Positions 32,701 to 43,872 of a DNA stretch of 64,000 nt are shown one piece after another. Numbering within the stretch: position 1 is the first letter of the stretch; each line of letters begins with the position of its first letter. The notes under the pieces are model-generated. The model was not told where the DNA came from. It searched no databases and saw only the letters and a program-made list of their open reading frames with translations. The DNA comes from Epithemia pelagica (lineage: Eukaryota; Protista; Bacillariophyta): the NCBI GenBank assembly GCA_946965045.2, contig OX337228.1:6014001-6078000 (forward strand). The letters are read 5' to 3'. Position numbers and translations under genes: made by a program.

Positions 32701-32909
32701 CCACCATTGGCACGAGCCTTGGATGACGTGTTGCTGCTTGGCGGAGGTCCCTGTACGACCGTACTACTCATGGTAGGACTTATTGTCGTAGTGTCGAACG
32801 ACCAATGCAGAAAGAAGGACACACGAATGGCGTCTTGTGTGTGTAATTCTCGAAGGCAGTTGGTTCGTGAGTCCCTTCCACCAGCGCTAATAGTGTCCTT
32901 CCAAAACAA
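29793..32909 (-). CDS. SET1/ATXR7-like histone H3K4 methyltransferase (C-terminal SET + post-SET, upstream Cys cluster); likely start ATG 32771
   Basis: [79 protein letters not shown]. Cys-rich region CHRC...CRNLSC...CLSC...[11 protein letters not shown]. Confidence 0.9.
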   Translation of the reverse strand: [1038 protein letters not shown]

Positions 32910-33258
32910 CCAACGGAATCAGAATACTAATGATGAAAGAGCAAGAACCATGAAGAGATCATGGCATGACAAAGACACGCTCCATGGTCAATCTCTGGGG
33001 TCAAAGGTAATTTTCTTTGTCGAAGAAGCAAGAGAACTGTTGTCAAAATCTTAGCGCCCTTAGCTTGAGTGCACTTTGAAAAAGCAAGACCACATCATGT
33101 CGTGACCGCGCGGTTGGACTATGGAGAGGTAAGCTTATATTCCTCTAGCTAGAGTAATCTACCTAGGATATGCAATGCTTTCGGATAACGATGACTTTAG
33201 TCTACGAAAAAGCCAGCAAAACACTCCGAAATGGATTTAGACAGCCGCCATTGAGTTT

Positions 33259-34500
33259 CTATACTTGTCGTTCGGCATTGTTGTTGTCAGTGGGTATCGC
33301 TTGAGTCTGACGTTCCAAGGCTTGCAATCGCGCAGCTCTGGTTTCGGCCGCCGTGTTTCCACTACTATTCATGTGGTTGTTGTTATTGTCGCCACTCGGA
33401 GCCGATCGTCGCGTTCGTGAGGACGACGAAGAACCTCCAGTTCCCAGTGTGCGGCCGGAAGAGGCCGGAAAACTGGGTTCCGCATTGGCAGTGTTGCTGC
33501 GAGTTCCCGTTCGGAATACGGATCCAGCTCGACTGCCACTGCTTGTGTCTCCATTCCTTCCTGTTGAAGTGCTGCTGGAGCCACCATTTCCCCCCAAGGT
33601 TGGTATAGACTGTATTGGGTACAGAAAAAAACCACGGGTTTACTGAGAATAAATAAAGAGGTTCACAAGGAGTTGATTCGTTTCCGTCTAGATACTTACA
33701 ATACCAGCAGAAGCGGCATCGTGCCAGGCATCACTGCCAGTTGCGGCATGGCTAGCAATCCAGCCCTCACGTCGTACATAGTTCGACAAAATTGTGTCCT
33801 CCCATTGTTTGGCCTTGGACTGGTTTAGTTTCAAAACTTTGTCCAAGTAGCCAAAGCCACCGGCGTACCCCACACCCATAGAAACCAAATAGGATAACGA
33901 AAAGTCTCCTCCCAACAGAGAAAAGAAAAAGAAGAGCACCAAGGGATAGTAAATCACCGGGACCGCAAAAAACAAAAAGGCTCTTTGGGTATTGCGTGGC
34001 GCTTGGACACATTCCATGGCAATAATGCCAAAAATAATCGTCCAAAGTCCATCCGCTGAGGAAAACAAGAAACTTTCATCAAATCCTCGTAGAAAGGAAA
34101 GTACAAAGCTGATCAAGACAAACCCAACATTTGTCAAGAGACCAATTGAAAGACACAACCAACCAAAGGCAGTAGACCCCAAGGACTGCTCCAAACGTCG
34201 TCCATGATCCGAGAAACTTAGAAAGGCAAAGATACAGGAGAATATTCTTGTATTGACCAACGGACTCAGCACAAGACGGTAGAACTCGAATCTCAGAACC
34301 ACATAATAGGGAATGGTCGCCAAGGCGAAATCCAAATTGATGAACCAACTAGTAAGATACGAAAGCGTCTGGATAGTAAGGATCGAGCGAGTCACCAACG
34401 GTGTGCGTTGCGCCCAGCCCTCATAGGCCGTGAGCATGGGGTTCGGAGGAGGTGGTTCATTGCTGCTGTTGTTGTTCGAAGAAGTCGTTGTGGGCAACAT
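33259..34500 (-). CDS. Rhomboid/Derlin-like multi-pass pseudoprotease (RBL15/RHBDD-like); 2 exons
   Basis: TPLVTRSIL, FEFYRLVLSPL, GRRLEQSLGS, VPVIYYPLVL, YLVSMGVGY. An intron (att|gtaagt...atacag|tct) joins a Ser/Gly-rich tail ending AAETRAARLQALERQ. No GxSG catalytic motif. Confidence 0.8.
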
Positions 34501-34703
34501 GTCTTTTCGACGACAATGAAACCAATTCGCCGTGCGACCATTTTGCGAAAGATGAGCTATGCATAGTCTATGTCATCGCGCATTCCCCGCGCACTTCTCC
34601 GATCGATAGCGTGGGGAGAAGGTCCACCCGTTTTCAGTCACGCTGCTCATTGTCTCATTTCAAGTGTTAGGAGTAAGAAGGACCGTCAAGACTCAAGACG
34701 ACG

Positions 34704-37700
34704 ATGGAGGCAACCGGTGAGAGCAGTGTTCCCTTGTCCGCAGAGGAGAAAAAGCGAAAGCGTCTGTTGGCATGGAAGCGAAGGCAGGAGCAACAACAAC
34801 AAGCGCAACAGCAAAAAGCCAAGCCTAAAATATCTCTCTCACTGGCTCAGCCCAAGAAGAAGAAAAAAGTTGGTCCTAATGCCTCCAATCCAACCAAACA
34901 GATTAACCCTTTCGGCGTGGTTGAGAGAGAAGGTGAGGATATGGATGAGAGTCCAGCAATCGTTCGGAAGCGAAGCCGCCCTGAGGAACTTATGGAGGAG
35001 AAGTTACCCAAGCGTGCGAGGGGATCTAGGAGATGGGACAGTGTCCCCAAAGTCCCTGAAAAAGACGCTCTCGATCAGTTCATGGAAAAATTAGAGGCTG
35101 GCGCAGTGGGAACTGTCACTGTTAAAGATGGTAACACCCTAAGTGGAGATGGAACTTTATCGGTACACGTTGGCGCTTCTATGATGACGAAAAAATCGCC
35201 CACAGATTCACTCCGTATTGCTCCCCCGCCATCAAACAATGTGATTACAGCGAAGGAGGTTCTCCATGGTAGCAAAAAGACTGACGAGGCGACGGCCTCG
35301 ACCCCTGAGTACGGTCCAAAGGATTGGCTCAGTGATGCTGTTGATACGGATGACGAAGAACAAGAAGAGAAAGGACGGCGAGCTTTGATTGAGGCTTTGG
35401 CCGCTTCTTCCACAGCAACAGCCGTTGCTTCTGCTTCAGAAGGAGACGTGAATGATTCGCATCAGCCGGCCCAGTTGGCGGCGCAAGTCAAATCTGAAAA
35501 GAATCGTCGGAAACAAAGGTTGGAGGAACTGGAGCGACAAGCGGAAGAAGCCCGACAATCGGCACAAGCTGCAGCGGAACCAGAAGTTGGAAGGTATTAC
35601 AATGATGCTGTAGAAGAAGGAGTTATGGAAGAAGCTGAGCGGAACTTGGAAGCTGCGAAGGCCACTCCCGATGCCCTAACTGTTTTGGCCGAATTGAACA
35701 AGAAGAAAGAACTGAAAGCCGTTGATCATTCAAAGATTGATTACCTTCCGTTCCAGAAAAACCTGTACATCGTTCCCCGGTCCCTGGCATCGTTGACAAA
35801 TGATGAAGTTATTAGTCGCCGTGCCAAGCTCAAAGTGAGAGTGCGTGGACAAGGGTCCCCTGCTCCAGTATCGACTTTCGAAGAGTGTGGGCTTTCAGAA
35901 CGCATTTTATCAATTTTGTCGAAGCAGGGTATTACGACGCCCTATCCAGTTCAGGCGCAATGTATCCCCTGCGCCATGGCTGGACGTGACGTGATTGGGA
36001 TTGCAAAAACGGGCAGTGGGAAGACTCTGGCATATCTGCTGCCATTGCTGCGGCACATTTTGATTCAGCCGCCCTTAGAAGTTGGTGAATCTGGTCCAAT
36101 TGGTCTCATTGTCGCACCGGCCCGTGAACTCGCTTTTCAAATCAATTCGGTTTGCAAGACTTTTGCAAGACAACTTGGATTGAAGTAAGTACTCATTACA
36201 GCAATAGTCTTTATTGTGACGCCAGCAGCAGGTTGTTCCTCACTGCGTGTTGTATATATTTGCCCGGAATCAACAAGCGTGCTCTTGCGTGGTGCCGTTT
36301 CCATGGCTCAGAATGAAAGGCGCATAGAGGATGGATGTGTTTGTTTTCACTGAACTAACAAATTGTCTCTTTCTGTGTTTTTTCTTTACAGATCGACAGT
36401 TGTGTACGGCGGAGCAGGGGTGGCGGAGCAAATTGGTGATCTCAAAAGAGGGGCTCACATTGTCGTTGCAACTCCAGGCCGTCTGATTGATATCTTGACC
36501 ATGCAGTCAGGCAAGATTTTGAGCATGAAGCGCGTTACTTTTGTTGTTCTGGACGAAGCGGATCGAATGTATGATATGGGATTTGAGCCTCAGATTTCCG
36601 CCGTTCTTGGTGCGGTTCGTCCTGATCGACAGACGCTTTGCTTTTCCGCCACATTCCCAAAGGCTGTTGAAAGTCTTGCACGGAAATCTCTGAAGTATCC
36701 TGTCGAGGTGATTGTTGGTGGACGGTCCGTGGCATCAGATAGTGTGACGCAGTATGCGGAGCTTGTTGAGGAAGACGAAAAGTTCCTTCGCCTTTTACAA
36801 GTTTTGGGCGAAAATGTCGAAGGCACAGCAAAGTGCATTGTGTTCGTGGACACTCAGGTCCGCGCGGACAATCTGTTCTCGATGCTTGTTCGTAACGGAT
36901 ACCCTTCTTTGTCACTGCATGGTGGGAAGGAACAGGAGGACCGAGATTCGACAATATCTGATTTTAAGGGGAAAGATGGACCCAATGTTCTTGTTGCCAC
37001 AGGTGTGGCTGGACGCGGATTGGATGTTCCGTCGTGTTGCTGTGTAGTGAACTATTCTGCACCGAATCATCTTGAGGCGTACATCCATCAAGTGGGGAGA
37101 ACAGGGCGTGCTGGAAAATCGGGCGTCGCTTATACATTTGTCAGTTCCTCGGATGAAGAGAAGTATGCGCCTATTGTGACACGGGCATTGAGTGAAGCTG
37201 GCCAAGCTGAGAACATTTCTAGCGATCTCAAAAAGTTGTCGGACGACTTCAAAGCTAAGGTCGAGAAAGGTGAAGCCCGATACGCGGGATCCGGATTTAA
37301 AGGGAAAGGCTACAGCTACGACTCATCAGAGATGACCGAAGCTCAGCGCCTTGCGAAAGCGGAGAAGCGACAAGCTCTCATCGAAGCTGGGTTATTGGAT
37401 CCTGATGACGAAGACACCGATCTTCCGTCGCAGTCAGTTGCAACAGCCGAACCAACCAAGAAAGAAGTTGATCGTAAGGAAAAGCAGACTGAGAGCGGGC
37501 TCGAAATTCCGAAGAATCTGACTCCTGAGCTTCTGGCCTTACCAGGAATGAAGGAAGCGCTTCTACGGAAAGCTGGGATTGTCTCTTCTTCGGAAGGTGA
37601 AAAGCCCCAGAAGGGTGAAATGTCGATGGGACAGCCTCTCCGGCAATCTGATAATCACTGGTTACAAGACTTTGATATCAATGACTATCCACGCGAAGCA

Positions 37701-37967
37701 CGATGGAAGGTCACTCAGAAGGAGACCACTTCAAGAATGCAAGAGGAATTTAGAACTGCTGTCACTCTCAAGGGGTCCTACTTGCCTCCAGGCAAGGAAC
37801 CAGGACCCGGTGAACGTCGTTTGTACTTGCATTTGGAAGCCACGAGTGAGACTATTCTACGTAATGCCGTTCTCGAAATTCAACGTCTGCTGAACGAGGA
37901 GACACTCAAAGTTAGTGCCAAGGCTTCAGGAACCACCGGTTCCCACAGGTACAATGTCCTCGGCTAG
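34704..37967 (+). CDS. PRP5: Spliceosomal DEAD-box helicase PRP5/DDX46; 2 exons (intron 36185-36391)
   Basis: VDHSKIDYLPFQKNLY, PYPVQAQCIP, AKTGSGKTLAY, PARELAFQI, VLDEADRMYDMGFEPQI, HGGKEQEDR, GRTGRAG, GSGFKGKG. C-terminal KH-like INDYPREARWKVT...RRLYLHLE. Confidence 0.96.
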
Positions 37968-38143
37968 TATTTCGCTTGACATGCGCTCACATTCCTTGAT
38001 CATCGTTGGACCCGATTCCAACTCACACGTAATTCTGTAGTATGTATCTGGATTTGGTGATAAGGACTCTTAGAATAAAATCGTTTATACCCGGAAAACT
38101 TTTATCAAATCCCAAGCAAGCTAAAGCTCCTGGGCCACACCAG

Positions 38144-38657
38144 CTAATATTCTTGCAAAACCGACTTTGTCTTGGCCGCATCGTTGGCTATTGGTTCATT
38201 TTCCTGTTTTTGCTGTTGCTGGAACCATTCATCGCTCGTCCAAATAGCTGTATTTGTGCGGGTTGTTTGATGTAACTTGTTCAACTGATTTTGCTGTGCC
38301 AAGGAAACTCTAATAGTGCGAGAGAGCAATTCTGCACCATCCATGTTAAAGATAGCTTCACTGGCATCCTCTGGTTCGTCCATTTCGACAAACGCAAACC
38401 CTCTATGGGTACCAGCGACATAGTCCATTGGCTAAATGAGTTTCATAAAAGAAAGACTTATGGGTAAGGCCTTACTCCTCCATCGGATGCTCTCGGGGAA
38501 AATCAAAACACTAACATACCAGATAAACGTTGGATATGTTGCCAAAGGGCACAAAGGCTGCCCTTATCAAATCTTCATTTGCATTGTCAGGAATACCGCC
38601 AACATAAATAACTCTCTTAGAATTCAATGCCGAGGAGGTCGTAGCCGCAATGTCCAT
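38144..38657 (-). CDS. Single-RRM protein of the cyclophilin E (PPIE/Cyp33) N-terminal type, no PPIase domain; 2 exons
   Basis: KRVIYVGGI...AAFVPFGNISNVYL|PMDYVAGTHRGFAFVEMDEPEDASEAIFNMDGAELLSRTIRVSLA. The intron ctg|gtatgt...ttag|cca restores the frame. Confidence 0.9.
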
Positions 38658-39089
38658 TGTGTTCAGTCTCCGATTTCGTTCTACGGCAGAATCCCATCGT
38701 AATCGTAAGATTACCTCGATTCTCTGTCGGGTTTTCCGGTCGCTTTTCTCTGCAAGCGCGAGCAAGCCACGTTTCGAGCGGGCCGGTGCAAGAGCTGTCC
38801 CGCGAGCCCAGAACCCTCACTTTTTATCTCGACCTGTCAGTCCACAATCGCGACGGTGCTCCTGGTTTTCCCGAAGACCACGAAACAATCCCGGCGCTTC
38901 AAGGACCTTGTCGATAATACAAGGAGACGACGAGAACACTGTGGTATCTTGTGAGTGACGGAGCAGTCGAAAAAGGTCTTCTTGGGTGTGCCCTAACAAA
39001 ATATCCAAGTCCTCTTTAGCCTGGCGGAAAACCATCAAGACTTGCGTCCTTCAAAAACGGAGAAAGAAAGAACCAAGGAATAACGAGAA

Positions 39090-40052
39090 ATGAGTGGCCA
39101 TCTGAAAGGTGTTGCTGTAAGCCGCTCGTCTGAGAGCCAGAAAGCGAGGCAATGCGAAGGAAGCGCCCGTCGTTCCCACGGAAACTCGAGGATTCTTTCC
39201 GAGATTCAAGTCCATTCAATGCGGAACCAAGTGGCATTGGAGGATCCCGATAATGCGAACTGCCGCCGCATTTCTTCAATTGGTCGAGGAAGACATGCGA
39301 CTTTGCCAGCATGGAAAACTAGAGAACTGAATTTGGCTCGTTCGACATTGGTGGAACCGGCTGGCGAGAACAATGCTACTCCTAGTAGTAGTACTTGGGG
39401 TTGCCACAACATCTCGTCCATTGGTCGAGGTAAGCATGCCACATTGCCAGCATGGAAGACCAGAGAACTCAATATTGCTGGCTCGACAACGGTAGATCCG
39501 TCTGCGGGAATAACAGGTCCAAGAGCTACAGAGGGCTGCCACAAGATTTCGTCCATTGGTCGAGGAAGACATGCAACCTTGCCAGCATGGAAGACCAGAG
39601 AACTCAACATAATTAGTTCGACGGTGGATCCGCCAGGGTCCATAAAAGACCCAAGCGCTACAGAGTACCGCGAGATTTCGTCCATTGGTCGAGGACGACA
39701 TGCAACCTTGCCAGCATGGAAAACTAGAGAACTTGATGAAGGTTCAGCACGTACTGGTAGTAGTGGCATCCATCGTTCCATGAGAGGTTCCGATACCGTA
39801 GCTGACGCTGTTGTTGATACATCCCCACCCAGTGCAAAGATACATTCTGAAGCCCAACATCGTAAACGGAAACGCCGTCCATTTGACGATGAGGACGAAA
39901 CGGGCGATAGTCGTCATTCGGAACAACGTCTGCCGAAAGCGTCTCATTCTCTGGTGGATCTCGATAATGGTTCCTCAAGAAAAGCCTCAATGCCTTCCCC
40001 ATTGCCTGGAAACCACAGCGTTGTGGACGACCACGTAATCGAAATTTTGTGA
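39090..40052 (+). CDS. Hypothetical protein with four ISSIGRG(R/K)HATLPAWKTREL repeats
   Basis: Repeats start at 39270, 39411, 39546 and 39675, all in frame. Nucleotide differences within the core are almost all synonymous in this frame. NLS-like RKRKRR follows. Confidence 0.75.
   Translation: MSGHLKGVAVSRSSESQKARQCEGSARRSHGNSRILSEIQVHSMRNQVALEDPDNANCRRISSIGRGRHATLPAWKTRELNLARSTLVEPAGENNATPSSSTWGCHNISSIGRGKHATLPAWKTRELNIAGSTTVDPSAGITGPRATEGCHKISSIGRGRHATLPAWKTRELNIISSTVDPPGSIKDPSATEYREISSIGRGRHATLPAWKTRELDEGSARTGSSGIHRSMRGSDTVADAVVDTSPPSAKIHSEAQHRKRKRRPFDDEDETGDSRHSEQRLPKASHSLVDLDNGSSRKASMPSPLPGNHSVVDDHVIEIL
39270..39734 (+). repeat. Four dispersed-tandem 60-nt coding repeats, spacing 141/135/129 nt
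   Basis: Near-identical cores such as tccattggtcgaggaagacatgcaaccttgccagcatggaagaccagagaact. Confidence 0.95.
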
Positions 40053-40262
40053 TGTTGGTTTTCCCAATTGCCACATGAACTCAAGTGAGTGGTAGTGCCA
40101 CAGCCTTGTAGCCACAGACAAAAGCAGCTTAGAAATCATAAAGAAAAAAGTCAGAATTTTTAGCTTGAATTATCGTAGTTTGCGTATATTCCCATTGGAT
40201 CTCTTGTTCTCACACGAGAGATCAAGGCGAGCTTTGGTGTTGCTGGGGAGGCAGAGAGCTTT

Positions 40263-41469
40263 CTATCTTATTTTTCGTCGATTGTCGTTCTCCTCCAAGG
40301 AACTATCAGAAGAGGTAGAAACAGCCGTGCCAACACTGTCATCCTCGGTGCCGTCGTTTGATTGTGACTCAATCTTTCTGGTGGCGCCAACATTCTGGCT
40401 TTGATTGTTGCTGCTCTTTTTGCCCTTGCTGTACGTTTTGCGATAAAACGCCATGAACAAAACAAACAAACTCGTCATCTCAAATACTTGAACAGCATGG
40501 GCAATGTAGTGTTCCGAACCCATCTTTTCCTGGCTGATAAAGACGGTCGCAAACGAGAATATGACAACAGAGGTAAATTGGATCAACTGGGCTTGTGTCA
40601 AATATCTTTTCCAGGGGCATGGAATCTTCATCAACGCCATGCCATAATAAGAGTACATAAGCACATGAATGAACGAGTTAAGAAGTGCTCCAAAATAGGC
40701 ATCTCCTCCTGGGTACAGTCTCAAACCAATCCACCATGCTATAGAAATCGAAGTATGATGGTAAACGTGAAGAAAAGAAACCTGGAAGACCGAGAGAAAA
40801 TCCCTTGTTAGCATGAGGTCGAAACTTCTGTACTGAGTTTCCATTAATGTCTTTTTCACGTACCTGATCCATTCTTCCTCGTAGGACCATGAAGTACGTG
40901 TCCATATATTCCAAATACTTGTTGCAGTAGTGAACCCACACCGCATACGTTACCCCTGTTTCCACCATATCTTTTCCACCACCAATAAAGGGATGAGCCC
41001 CTGACGCTACCGGAACAATGAAGGAGCACACCATCCAGAAGTTCACAAGTACTTGGCCAACATTGTAAATGAGCATTGCCTCTTTGAGCAAACTTTTCAC
41101 ATCGACCGCTTTTGAAAGATACCTGTCCGTGAACAACCGCAAAAGCGGCAAACTGACGAGATAAGCAATATTCATCATCACGGGAAACTTCCAGCTGTGA
41201 AGAGGAGATGTTCCTCCTGGAACGCCGTCTGTGACAAACGTAAGCTTCGCCCATACGGCAAATATTGCCGTCATGATCGAAGCGCACGTGAGACGAGATG
41301 TTATGCTAGCTTCATGTGAACCACTTTCCAATGGTTCCGAAGCAGGCTTTGAAGTTGTCGACTTAGAGTGGTCCGATGAGGGGAGTTCCTCAGCACCATC
41401 ATTGCATTGTCCCTGTCGGCTTGTCGTCGTCGACCTAAGTTCTGCTTTCTGAACGGAAACTGGAGCCAT
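40263..41469 (-). CDS. ELO/GNS1/SUR4-family PUFA elongase, delta-5 (C20) elongase-like; 2 exons (intron 40863-40782)
   Basis: WVHYCNKYLEYMDTYFMVLRGRMDQ|VSFLHVYHHTS, PGGDAYFGALLNSFIHVLMYSYY, CPWKRYLTQAQLIQF. Pattern is typical of diatom delta-5 elongases. Confidence 0.93.
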
Positions 41470-42129
41470 GCTTGATCTGGTCAGGGTTCTTGATTGATGA
41501 CGAACTGGAGTGCTTGTTATGTATCAGATCCTTTTAAATAAGGATCGTAATAACTGTAATGGTCTCTTTGGTTGGCCCTTTACAAGTACAAAGATTCGAA
41601 GGCGAAGATTGAGATGATGATATCGGAAAGTGTGTGGCGAGTGGTGGCAATGGCCAAAAAAGTGCGGTCGCTAGTCGCTACGCACGACGGCAAGTGCGTT
41701 CGCGCATTCCCAACGTAGAGACCAAAGTACAAGAAGTACAATAAGGACTGTGACGTGTACATGCAGGTGCCAATTGATGACTCGGACGGATAGATGAGAG
41801 GGCGGGACTGTCATTCTCATTTAGTGGGGGAGATACGCTTGCGCGGAACCAAAATCAATCCTCCCCCACAAAATGTCTCAAGACAAGATACCTTCAAACA
41901 CGAATCTGAATCTGGGAATGGAACAACGAAGCTACTCCTACTATGCTATGTTTCGCTTTTCCCTGTGTAAGAATGGAAAAGGCCGATAGCCAACAAAACG
42001 TTCCATATAAAGTGCTCCGATCGTTCTTGTCCCACACCATAAACTGCTCGAGAACCCGCACTACAGGTCAACATTAGAATAAAACAACGCAAAAGAAGAA
42101 GGCATTGTATAACTGTTGATTAGATAGTC

Positions 42130-43872
42130 TTAGGCCTGTGCAAATTGCTGTGCTTGTGCCTTCAAGCCCTTCGGTCCGTCGGCACGAGCAATGATTTCAT
42201 CGGCCACCATAAGGCCCGAACGAGTGGCTCCTTCCATTGAATCCAGATAATCTTGATAAGTGTATGACCCTGCCATGAAAAAGTTGGGAATGGGTGTGGC
42301 CTGTTTAGGTCGGAACTTATCCTGTCCTGGTTTCTCTCGGTACAAAGCCTGGCCCAACTTTACGACAGATGACCACGTGCATTTAAGCTTCCTGGAAGAA
42401 GGGAAAATGTTGTTCAGCTGTTTAATACAGTCCTCCACAAGTTGCTCGTTCGATCGACTAAAGGCACGTTCATCGAAAACCGCTTGGATAAGACTGCCCT
42501 CTCCGGGCTTGTAGTATTCTCCTGGACTTGTCAAGGCCAAATCGGCAAAGCACGAAAACTCGGTATCAACACTGTACAGCAAGTTGTCAATTCCAGCTCC
42601 TTTACCATCACTCTGGTCTCCCGAGACATCCATCATTCGTACATCGTCATTCATTTCAGTTACCCAACCATCGAAACGGACCTGAACCGTGGCAATGGGC
42701 ACCGTATCCAAGTTGTAGATTTTATCGAAAAAGTCGTACTTGCGGAATGTGTCTGGCAAAAGCTTCTTAATACCTGGAACATCTGTGGCAGCAACGACGA
42801 CATCGAACTCACGAAATTCTTCCTGTGGACCAACCTTCAGTCCCCGAACGCGAGTAGGCAACCCCGTTTCTGGGTCCACGTCGTGGACAACGTCTCTCAC
42901 TGGCATTTTCAAGTTAACCTTTACATCGCGATCATCCAGATATTTGAGAATAGGATCATGGAGTCCAGATTGGGGACTTCCTTCAAGCATACGCAAGACA
43001 CTGGCTTCTGTGCGGATTGCGAACAACATAAATATTGTCAACATACATCGGGCACTGATGCTATCACAATCCAAGAATCCCAAGGCGTAAGCAATCGCAT
43101 CCCACATTCGATCCAAACTTCCTCGCTTGCCACCCCAGTAAGTGAACCACTCGGTGAAACTAATATCATCTAGCTCGCGGACCATGTCCATGCCGCCATC
43201 GAAATCAACCAAAGCACGAACAATCGGAGACGTTCCCAAGCGGACCGCATTGTGGAACTTGTCCTCCACGCCCAGCTGCTCTGTGCGGGCAAAGGCTTGC
43301 AACCCAGAAACAGGGGCACCAATTGGGAATCTAAAGTCCAGAGCTCCCAATTTGCCACCTTCGTTGACAAATGTGTGAACGTGTTCTTTGATGCGCAAAT
43401 TCTCATCAAATCCACCAGTTCGTTTCATGATTCCAAACAAGTTATAGTAGCATCCAAAGAAAACGTGCAATCCCATTTCGATATGGTTGCCGTCTTTGTC
43501 TTTCCAAGAACTTACTTTACCTCCGACATAGGGTCGGACTTCAAAGATTTCCACCTTGTGGCCAGCATCAGCTAAATCCATGGCAGCAATCATTCCAGCC
43601 AATCCAGCACCAACGATCCCGATATTAAGGGACTCCTTATTTTTTGTACCAGGTCCATTTTCGGCCCGGGCCATAAGATTCTGGTTCAGAAAGGCATCAT
43701 TCCCTACCTGACGCTTCGCGTCCTCCGAAGTGAACGTTGGCTCATCCACGAGGGTGCTTTCCCTCAACGAAGAGGGCCTTGTTGCAAATCCAGCAGACGA
43801 CAAGGCCGAGGGAACAAACGCTTCTGATTGCGCTGCTATGGAAAGCAAAGTCAAAGCTCCAAGTAATCTCAT
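42130..43872 (-). CDS. ZDS: Zeta-carotene desaturase, plastid-targeted
   Basis: Bipartite presequence MRLLGALTLLSIAAQSEA-FVP. Motifs GAGLAG, GGKVSSWKDKDGNHIEMGLHVFFGCY, ISARCMLTIF, EASVLRMLEGSP, FFMAGSYTYQDYLDSMEGAT. Confidence 0.96.
   Translation of the reverse strand: MRLLGALTLLSIAAQSEAFVPSALSSAGFATRPSSLRESTLVDEPTFTSEDAKRQVGNDAFLNQNLMARAENGPGTKNKESLNIGIVGAGLAGMIAAMDLADAGHKVEIFEVRPYVGGKVSSWKDKDGNHIEMGLHVFFGCYYNLFGIMKRTGGFDENLRIKEHVHTFVNEGGKLGALDFRFPIGAPVSGLQAFARTEQLGVEDKFHNAVRLGTSPIVRALVDFDGGMDMVRELDDISFTEWFTYWGGKRGSLDRMWDAIAYALGFLDCDSISARCMLTIFMLFAIRTEASVLRMLEGSPQSGLHDPILKYLDDRDVKVNLKMPVRDVVHDVDPETGLPTRVRGLKVGPQEEFREFDVVVAATDVPGIKKLLPDTFRKYDFFDKIYNLDTVPIATVQVRFDGWVTEMNDDVRMMDVSGDQSDGKGAGIDNLLYSVDTEFSCFADLALTSPGEYYKPGEGSLIQAVFDERAFSRSNEQLVEDCIKQLNNIFPSSRKLKCTWSSVVKLGQALYREKPGQDKFRPKQATPIPNFFMAGSYTYQDYLDSMEGATRSGLMVADEIIARADGPKGLKAQAQQFAQA

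Noticed and set aside
39206-39781. 191-aa antisense ORF over the repeat protein
   Set aside because: Shadow frame: third-position variation between repeats is synonymous on the + strand, so + is the coding strand.
913-41469. Lipid biosynthetic gene cluster (FAAL-ACP plus elongase)
   Set aside because: The two genes are ~37 kb apart and separated by many unrelated housekeeping genes. No PKS, thioesterase or tailoring enzyme lies next to the FAAL.
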